Shown here piece after piece: positions 57,376-64,000 of a stretch of 64,000 nt of DNA. A model generated the notes under the pieces. It worked only from the letters and a program-made list of their open reading frames with translations. It was not told where the DNA came from and ran no database searches. The position numbers and the translations under genes are program-made. How positions within the stretch are numbered: the first letter of the stretch is position 1; every line of letters begins with the position of its first letter. This DNA is from an uncultured bacterium (lineage in GTDB: Bacteria; JAGOEH01), in NCBI GenBank assembly GCA_964632485.1, contig CAZWDO010000001.1:124001-188000 (forward strand), read 5' to 3'.

Positions 57376-59364
57376 CTAAAAACTCCAGAGTGTCCAGACA
57401 ATGACGATCAGCAAAAAAACTAAACCATAGACGATATAATGTTGCGTGTTACCAGCCTGAATTCCTGAAAACCGACCCAAAAATCTTTGAATTGCATTTA
57501 ACAACGGAATAATAATCCCGGTTTCAAGCCAATCTTTAGATTGCCATTCAAAACTGGCAGACGAAGGAAAAAGATCTCGGACTTCAAACAATTCCGCGGA
57601 TTGTTGAACAGTCGGACTTGTCAGCGTGGCCATTGGCTCCACAAAACTAAATCCCGTATATTGAAGACGGGGCGAAAGCTGACCATAACCGCAATCCCAG
57701 GTAGGTTGGCGTTCAGGCGGTTTTTTCCGAGTAAAAATAAACCGTAAGAAAAAAAACGCGAGTCCGAAACTCAAAATAGCGACTGAGATCCACGTCAAGC
57801 GATCAACCCAGAGAGGGTAGAGGTTGGCGATTGTTTTCCCAGCGGTGGAAAAACCGAGTTGTTCCACTACCGGAAGAATAAAAGGCAAAATCAAACGCGG
57901 GAAAAAACCAAAAACAACAATAGCCATTGCCAAAAGCAATTGTGGCCAGTATTCCCGCCACCCGCTTTCAGAACACGGACTTAGAGAAGGAGTCCGCTTT
58001 AAACCCAAAAATTGGATCGAAAACAGTTTACTGAAAGCGATCAGCGCCAAAGATCCAACTACCGCCAAAATGGTCAGCGAAAAAAGTGTGATAATTGTAA
58101 TCACGACTGATTCAGAGGCGAATTGATGCAACATCGCCGAATAAATAAAAAATTCTCCAACAAAACCATTCAGGGGCGGCAAGGCGCATATCGCCAAACA
58201 ACCGATCAGGAATAATCCTCCGGCGCGAGGAAGCTCATGGATCAATCCACCCAAACGTTCAATATTTCGGGTATGGGTTTTTTGGTACACGACTCCACTC
58301 ATATAAAACAACAAAGATTTAAACAACGCGTGATTGAAGGTATGAAACAAAGCCCCGGTAAAGCTTAAAAAAACGACCACTTCATTGCCATAAGAGTAAG
58401 CAATCATGCCCATGCCGATGGCGATCGCCAGGATTCCCATATTTTCGATACTGGAAAAAGCTAATAGGCGTTTATTATCTTTTTGTAAAATGGCTTGCAT
58501 GATCCCATAAAGGGCGCTGATCATCCCGATGGTCAAAACTCCGAAACCAAGAGAAGGCGCCAAATATTCCGATAAATCGATAACACGCAGGATTCCATAA
58601 ATCCCCGTTTTGATCATCAATCCCGACATGATGCCGGAAACAGGAGCAATCGCCGCCGGGTGCGCGCGCGGCAACCAGGTGTGAAATGGGGTGAAACCGC
58701 ATTTAAATGCAAACCCGATAAAAGCGAGTATAAAAAAAATGGGAAATAAGGTTGGATACGCGCTAAAATAGGAACGCCAGTCAGAAAAACTATAACTACC
58801 ACATTGCGAAATGATCCAGATAAAAGCGGCTAACAGGAATAAACCTCCCAAATGCATGGCCACCAGATAATAAAGCCCGGCTTGCCGCGTTTCGTTTTCA
58901 TGATATTCCAGAATGACCAATGCAAGGGAAAAAAGCGCCATTAGTTCCCAGAAGACAAGAAAAACCAATCCATGTTGGCAAAGAGTTAGCATAACCATGG
59001 AAAGAATGAGCCAGGGAAAAAAGAAAAGATAGCCGCGAATAATAAACGGTTTGGATTGATATGATTTAAGGTAGATGCCGGCGAAGGCATATCCGGGCAG
59101 GCTCACTGCGGCGAAAAGAAACGAAAAAAAAGCCGATAGGGGGTCCATCACAAAATCGACCGTTCCGAAGGGCGCCGCCAGATTCAAAACGCCGGCCATC
59201 GTCCCCGAGAAAAACAAAACCGAAACTGAACGGGCGATCACGACCGAGGAACCAAGTAGTAGCCAAAAGCCGCCCCATAGAAAGCGGAAGCGATAATTAG
59301 ACAAAAACGCCGCAGTTGAAGCCAGAGTCCAGCTCCCGACCAGAATCGCCAGCATGCTCAACAT
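57376..59364 (-). CDS. hyfB: Ehr/Hyf antiporter-like membrane subunit (HyfB-like)
   Basis: FWELM, KCGFTPFHTWLPRAHP, KTGIYG, KRLLAFSSIENMG, NHALFK, PPLNGFVGE, WDCGY...QYT. Confidence 0.88.
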   Translation of the reverse strand: MLSMLAILVGSWTLASTAAFLSNYRFRFLWGGFWLLLGSSVVIARSVSVLFFSGTMAGVLNLAAPFGTVDFVMDPLSAFFSFLFAAVSLPGYAFAGIYLKSYQSKPFIIRGYLFFFPWLILSMVMLTLCQHGLVFLVFWELMALFSLALVILEYHENETRQAGLYYLVAMHLGGLFLLAAFIWIISQCGSYSFSDWRSYFSAYPTLFPIFFILAFIGFAFKCGFTPFHTWLPRAHPAAIAPVSGIMSGLMIKTGIYGILRVIDLSEYLAPSLGFGVLTIGMISALYGIMQAILQKDNKRLLAFSSIENMGILAIAIGMGMIAYSYGNEVVVFLSFTGALFHTFNHALFKSLLFYMSGVVYQKTHTRNIERLGGLIHELPRAGGLFLIGCLAICALPPLNGFVGEFFIYSAMLHQFASESVVITIITLFSLTILAVVGSLALIAFSKLFSIQFLGLKRTPSLSPCSESGWREYWPQLLLAMAIVVFGFFPRLILPFILPVVEQLGFSTAGKTIANLYPLWVDRLTWISVAILSFGLAFFFLRFIFTRKKPPERQPTWDCGYGQLSPRLQYTGFSFVEPMATLTSPTVQQSAELFEVRDLFPSSASFEWQSKDWLETGIIIPLLNAIQRFLGRFSGIQAGNTQHYIVYGLVFLLIVIVWTLWSF

Positions 59365-60122
59365 TTGGCGCCCAGCCAATCCAAAATTCCATTAATAACC
59401 GTCAATGGATGCGGTGGGCAGCCGGGAATATAAAGCGCCGGGGTATGCTCGTTCAGGAATGAACGTTCGAGCGCGGGAGAAGAGGAGAAAACGCCGCCAC
59501 TAATAGCGCAGCTCCCCAACAGAATAAGCATTTTCGGAGATGGAATGGCTTCCCAGGTTCCCAGCAAGGCAGGCGCCATATTAGCGCTGATGGGACCGGA
59601 AAGAATCAAACCATCGGCATGGCGGGGCGAAGCGACGACCTCCACGCCGTAGCGGTGCATATCAAAATTTGGATTGCCGCAGGCATTCAGCTCCATCTCA
59701 CAGCCATTGCATCCGGCCGCTGAAACGGAACGTAGTTTTAAAGACCGCTTAAATATCTTAAATATATCGGCCAACGGATCAAATGCGCGGCGGCGATAAT
59801 TCGTTTCATCCATTGTCGGATCCACGATCAACTTTGCGCGGGACGACGCCGACAGATAGTGGCTGTTGGAAAAACGGAAATCGGGACGGTTGAGACAACG
59901 GACACAGGCCCCGCAGAAGACACAGCGGCCCAAGTCCATAGCGGGAGAATCGCCGGAAAAAGCCCCGCTAGGGCAGACCGATCGGCATCGACTAAGTTCA
60001 TCGGGCGCCATTTCCGCCGGAATGAGCGGTAAACCGCGAAAAGACTCGTTGACCCGCGCCGCGCGGGGATTGGGTACGGCCTGATATCCATGCTTCCAGC
60101 GCGCTTTCAATAAATCCCACAT
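59358..60122 (-). CDS. Ehr small subunit (NuoB/HyfI-like) fused to an N-terminal ferredoxin-like domain
   Basis: CRSVCP...CVFCGACVRC; GCNGCE.E, SPRHAD, GSCA..GG, IPGCPPHP; ATG 60122 with AGGAG. Confidence 0.88.
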   Translation of the reverse strand: MWDLLKARWKHGYQAVPNPRAARVNESFRGLPLIPAEMAPDELSRCRSVCPSGAFSGDSPAMDLGRCVFCGACVRCLNRPDFRFSNSHYLSASSRAKLIVDPTMDETNYRRRAFDPLADIFKIFKRSLKLRSVSAAGCNGCEMELNACGNPNFDMHRYGVEVVASPRHADGLILSGPISANMAPALLGTWEAIPSPKMLILLGSCAISGGVFSSSPALERSFLNEHTPALYIPGCPPHPLTVINGILDWLGAKC

Positions 60123-60133
60123 AATCGTCGCTC

Positions 60134-61630
60134 CTACAAATCGAAACCGCAATAAGACAGATTAAAACTTTTATTACACAAGGGGAAATCGGAAATACCA
60201 TTTGCGCGAACCGACATGGCCAACGCATTCCAATTATGAAAAGAGGGATCGATAATTTTGTAACAAATCACCTGTCCCGTTTCATCTGTGATAACCGCAT
60301 GGAGAATCTCGCCGCGCCACCCTTCAACCAGGGATAAAGTAAGCGAATCGGCGGCGGGTAATGGAATATCCTGAACAAGCGGATTCACGGGCGGTATATG
60401 GTTTAAAATATCTAATATCCAATGAATAGAATCACTGATTTCCAAATATCGCAACCAGGCCCGGGCATAAACATCCCCCGAGTCCAAAACCCGCATAGGG
60501 ATCGGAAACTCGGTATAACAACCCGAAGGATGGTTATTGCGCGCATCGCGTTTAAGATTGCTGGAACGGGCCGCCATACCCACCAGACCCAAAGACAAAG
60601 CAGTCTCTTCCGTCACCACCCCTGTCTGTTCCAAACGGGAAAGCGTTCCGGAATTATTAAACATAGTAGCAGCGACCTGCCGGACTTGTATCCAAATATC
60701 GGTTAAATTATTTTTGATCAGTTCTTTTTCAGTTTCATCAATCCCGAAGAGAACGCCACCCGGACGGATCCACCCCCGGCCAAAGCGACTGCCGCAAATC
60801 GCCAGACTGGTATTAATCACGCGGGTACGCTGAACGCCGAACATGGAACTCCCCGGCAAATAGGCAATATCATTGGCAATCGCGGCCAGATCACCCAAAT
60901 GAACGCCAATACGTTCCAGCTCCAGCGCGATGCCGCGAATAAACTGGATCGAGGAATTAAGCTTATACCCCGCCAGCGTTTCCACAGCCTGGGCATAAGC
61001 GGTAGCATGCCCGATAACGGTATCCCCTACAATCGATTCGGCCAGAACCGCTTTGTCGCGAATATCCCCCTTAAGGAAAAGTGTTTGCGCCTGGCGATGT
61101 TGATAACCCAACTGGATTTCAAGATGGCGGACCTGTTCCCCCGCGCAGCAAAAACGGAAATGCCCGGGCTCGATCACACCGGCATGCACCGGCCCAACAC
61201 CGACTTCATGGATCGCTTCGCCTTCAATATGAAAAAAAGGATAATTGGCCATTGTTTGCGAACTATCATAGCGATTATGCGAATAGCGGACCGGTTTCAA
61301 CCAGGGATGCCCATCCGGCACGATACCCCAATCCTCATACAATTCGCGTTCAAAAAGATGAAATTCCGGAATTTGGCAAGTCAGGGACGGATAATGACGG
61401 TCATCTAACTGATTTAAAAAGAATGAAGCCACGGCCAGTTTCCCGCGTTCATCATTCGATAACGCTACATAGACGCTCAATCCCCCATTGTCAGGATGGG
61501 CCCAGACGGCTAAAAGGCGGGGATATGAGGTAAAGCATGCGCGTACCTGTTGATGGAGGGTTTTAAAGGGAAAAACGGGAATTTCAGCGCGTTTGACGCG
61601 ACGCGCATTTCGGGTTACACACCATTCCAT
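60134..61630 (-). CDS. Ehr large subunit (NuoC/D-, HyfG-like) lacking Ni-binding CxxC motifs
   Basis: FERELYE..G...GHP, VGPVHAGVIEPGHFRF, LGYQHR; ESIVGDT replaces ERICGIC; C-terminus DFPLCNKSFNLSYCGFDL instead of DPCxxC. Confidence 0.88.
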   Translation of the reverse strand: MEWCVTRNARRVKRAEIPVFPFKTLHQQVRACFTSYPRLLAVWAHPDNGGLSVYVALSNDERGKLAVASFFLNQLDDRHYPSLTCQIPEFHLFERELYEDWGIVPDGHPWLKPVRYSHNRYDSSQTMANYPFFHIEGEAIHEVGVGPVHAGVIEPGHFRFCCAGEQVRHLEIQLGYQHRQAQTLFLKGDIRDKAVLAESIVGDTVIGHATAYAQAVETLAGYKLNSSIQFIRGIALELERIGVHLGDLAAIANDIAYLPGSSMFGVQRTRVINTSLAICGSRFGRGWIRPGGVLFGIDETEKELIKNNLTDIWIQVRQVAATMFNNSGTLSRLEQTGVVTEETALSLGLVGMAARSSNLKRDARNNHPSGCYTEFPIPMRVLDSGDVYARAWLRYLEISDSIHWILDILNHIPPVNPLVQDIPLPAADSLTLSLVEGWRGEILHAVITDETGQVICYKIIDPSFHNWNALAMSVRANGISDFPLCNKSFNLSYCGFDL

Positions 61631-61657
61631 GGGTTCATCCTTGTAGAATTGCGAGCA

Positions 61658-61686
61658 AATATATGAAAAATTCTACAATTTGTCAA
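61658..61686 (-). promoter_or_regulatory. sigma70 promoter of the ehr operon
   Basis: Minus strand TTGACA (61686-61681) -17 bp- TATATT (61663-61658). Confidence 0.65.
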
Positions 61687-61775
61687 GAGGATTACTCCCT
61701 TAATAATGGAGATTTATTTATTTTTTGACTAAATATTCAATTTACAAATCCACTGAAGGGTGGGGAAAAATGCTA

Positions 61776-63350
61776 TTACTTATACGGAATACGGATAATA
61801 AACGTTGTTCCCTCTTGCTTTTTACTCACAATCTCGAATTTTGCCTGGTAGGGCTGCAGTAAATTATAGGCGCTCGACAATCCCAATCCGGTTCCTGTTG
61901 GAGTATCGTCATTCGCGGCAATCGGCTTAGTGGTAAAAAATGGTGAAAAAATTTTATCCAGATTTTCTGTTTCAATACCACATCCCGTATCGCCTATTTC
62001 AATACAAATATAATTCTCCTGAGCGAATGTTCGAACTTTTAATTGTTTTTTTGGAGAGTGATACATTGAATCCAGCGCATTTTTAATAATATTCAGCAAC
62101 CCTTGACTGAAATCGCTATAAATTCCTTCAATTTTCGGTAAGCTCTCGTCCAAAATGAAGATTTTTTCAATTTTATGTTTAAAATTTTGATCAGCTTCTA
62201 AAAATTGTAATTCCTGAGTTAAAAGATACGATATATCGATCGGTTGTTTTTTTATATTTTGTTCCTGCCGGCCTTTGTACATCATATTTTTAATGATGTC
62301 ATTCATCTTATTAGCTTGGGCGATAATATTTTCAGCTTCTCTTAGATTTGGAATTTTTCTCAGTACCAGCTCAGCCGATCCACGGATCACAGTCAAAGGA
62401 TTGCATAAATTATGAGCGATTCCCGATGTCAGCATTCCAATTGATGCCAATTTGGATTGATGTAATAGCTCAATTTCTAGCTCATGCTGTTTTTTTTCCA
62501 TTTTTTTTCGCGCGGTAATATCACGCACGATTACCTGAATAGCGGATTTCCCTTTATATTCGATATAGCTTAAACTTGCCTCGATATCGATTTTTCCGCC
62601 TGTTTTAGTTAAAGCGATAACTTCGCAGTTAATTGGGAAATTCTCTTTCTGTCTCATCAACAGGCATTGTTTCTGATAAAAAAGTAAACTCTCAGGAGCG
62701 ATCAATTGGCTGAAATCAAAATTGTCCCCATAAATATCTTCATCATCATATTTAAAAATCTGCTTCAACTTTGGATTACTGAAAAGAATCTTCGAATCCT
62801 GGATCAAGCAAATCCCTTCATTGGACTGTTCAACCAATACTTTATATTTCTCTTCTGATTCTTTAAGTTGTTGATTAAAACGAGTTAACTCCTGGACTTG
62901 CTTTTCCAAATGATTCACAAGCTTCTGACTATATTCACGCAAATAAATTGTTTCTTCGGTCTGTTCAACTTTTTCTACCTTTCCCTGGAGAAATTCCTCA
63001 ACCTGGGAAGTAAACATAAAAGGATCGACTGGTTTTGCGATAAAACCATCGCAACCAGCGGTCAAGGCCATTTCTTTATCGCCTCGCATCGTTTTTGCCG
63101 TTAAGGCGACAATGGGAATTCTTTCCATTCCTTTTATACTCTTCATCCGGGTGGCGCACTCCTCTCCGGAAAGCCCCGGGATATTCATATCCATCAATAC
63201 TAAGTCCGGACTTTGCTTATTAGCCAGTTCAAGTCCGGTCAACCCGTCTTCAGCGCCGATCACTTCATAACCATCCCTTTCCAGGAGGGCTTGCACCAAA
63301 CGGAAATTATCCGGATTATCCTCAATATACAAAATTTTTCCTTTAACCAT
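61776..63350 (-). CDS. REC-PAS-histidine kinase (cytoplasmic hybrid)
   Basis: YIEDN...LMDMNIP...AKP; PAS ending VRDIT; GIAHNLCNP, NIIKNA, DTGCG, GTGLGL. Confidence 0.9.
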   Translation of the reverse strand: MVKGKILYIEDNPDNFRLVQALLERDGYEVIGAEDGLTGLELANKQSPDLVLMDMNIPGLSGEECATRMKSIKGMERIPIVALTAKTMRGDKEMALTAGCDGFIAKPVDPFMFTSQVEEFLQGKVEKVEQTEETIYLREYSQKLVNHLEKQVQELTRFNQQLKESEEKYKVLVEQSNEGICLIQDSKILFSNPKLKQIFKYDDEDIYGDNFDFSQLIAPESLLFYQKQCLLMRQKENFPINCEVIALTKTGGKIDIEASLSYIEYKGKSAIQVIVRDITARKKMEKKQHELEIELLHQSKLASIGMLTSGIAHNLCNPLTVIRGSAELVLRKIPNLREAENIIAQANKMNDIIKNMMYKGRQEQNIKKQPIDISYLLTQELQFLEADQNFKHKIEKIFILDESLPKIEGIYSDFSQGLLNIIKNALDSMYHSPKKQLKVRTFAQENYICIEIGDTGCGIETENLDKIFSPFFTTKPIAANDDTPTGTGLGLSSAYNLLQPYQAKFEIVSKKQEGTTFIIRIPYK

Positions 63351-63398
63351 AATAACTCCTCAGTGTCCTTCTTTTCCAGTGATACTCATTTTCGATCC

Positions 63399-63998
63399 CT
63401 ATCCGATTAAATGCGTGATCTGTTCAAGAAATTCCTCTTTATTCAATCCATTCTTACTGACAATTTCAACAGCATATTGACTGAGTTGATTCTTTTCAGA
63501 TAAAGACAACTCTTTAGCTGTCAATACAATAACGGGTATATATTCAGTTTTTTTATCCTTTTTCAATTGCGTTACTACTTCAAACCCATCCATTCCCGGC
63601 ATCATGATATCCAGAATAATGGCCTGAGGTTCAAATTCTCTGATCATTTCAATTCCTGATTTACCGTTATAGGCTTTTAAAGTCATATAATTCGCCTGCT
63701 CTAAAATCCGGCTCATCAGGATCACATCATTAATATTATCATCAATGATCACGATGTGCCCTTTGGGAATATGGATCTTTGACAATACACTCAAAAGATC
63801 GTTCCGGCTGATTGGCTTAACGATATAAGCCTCTGCTCCAAGGTTAAAAGCCATGTGCTTATCTTCAATAATGGAACATGCGATTACCGGAATATCTTTC
63901 GTTTGGGATGCCGATTTAATCTGCTTTAACAGCTCCAGTCCATGACTTTGGAAATGGAGGAAATCCAGGATGACTGCCGATGGTTTTATCTCAGAAAT
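63399..63998 (-). CDS. C-terminal part of a multi-receiver protein (probably a hybrid kinase), truncated by the window edge
   Basis: The frame stays open to the edge (ISEIKPSAVILD...KDIPVIACS...GAEAYIVKP), then a second REC IIDDN...ILDIMMPGMDG. Confidence 0.8.
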   Translation of the reverse strand: MSEIKPSAVILDFLHFQSHGLELLKQIKSASQTKDIPVIACSIIEDKHMAFNLGAEAYIVKPISRNDLLSVLSKIHIPKGHIVIIDDNINDVILMSRILEQANYMTLKAYNGKSGIEMIREFEPQAIILDIMMPGMDGFEVVTQLKKDKKTEYIPVIVLTAKELSLSEKNQLSQYAVEIVSKNGLNKEEFLEQITHLIG

Positions 63999-64000
63999 TT

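Noticed and set aside
60134-61630. [NiFe]-hydrogenase / formate hydrogenlyase large subunit call
   Set aside because: Both CxxC Ni-binding motifs are absent, and no maturation or fdh genes are nearby
1-64000. CRISPR arrays, rRNA/tRNA genes, transposases, integrases, prophage or defence systems
   Set aside because: None seen by eye: intergenic gaps are short and the long ORFs have other assignments. A covariance-model scan could still find small RNAs

Overview
A gene-dense 64 kb chromosomal segment from a diderm bacterium, most likely FCB superphylum: three secreted proteins end in T9SS/FlgD-type C-terminal sorting domains and a DUF4835/PorD-like gene is present. The lineage cannot be fixed from the sequence. 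It is probably a scaffolded assembly, with one 10-N gap at 12580-12589. From left to right it holds: ansA; a secreted GH13; upp and a GT9 heptosyltransferase with a C10 tract right after its start; a cluster of perfect DnaA boxes far from any dnaA; a beta-propeller sensor kinase and a PAS hybrid kinase; a patatin-POTRA-Omp85 gene whose true C-terminus lies in another frame past the gap; and a REC-GGDEF/cNMP-binding/murB/fumarase-alpha operon. Next is a ~15 kb ROK-regulated mannoside locus (GH38, ABC importer, T9SS clan GH-A enzyme, a signal-less PBP4/S13 peptidase, GH130, an MsiK-type ATPase and a tandem CBM9-like T9SS protein) with identifiable operators. A 14 kb minus-strand gene string follows (tilS-ftsH-folP-dacA-DUF4835-PHP-Tat TldD-like-ptb-TPR-efp-gcvH-metG-dCMP deaminase-hypothetical). 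The window ends with a second propeller hybrid kinase, an ECF sigma/anti-sigma module with twin divergent promoters, a six-gene Ni-ligand-less Ehr (energy-converting-hydrogenase-related) complex, and two-component genes at the right edge. I saw no rRNA, tRNA, CRISPR array, transposase or phage gene. All calls come from motif recognition by eye; no searches were run.
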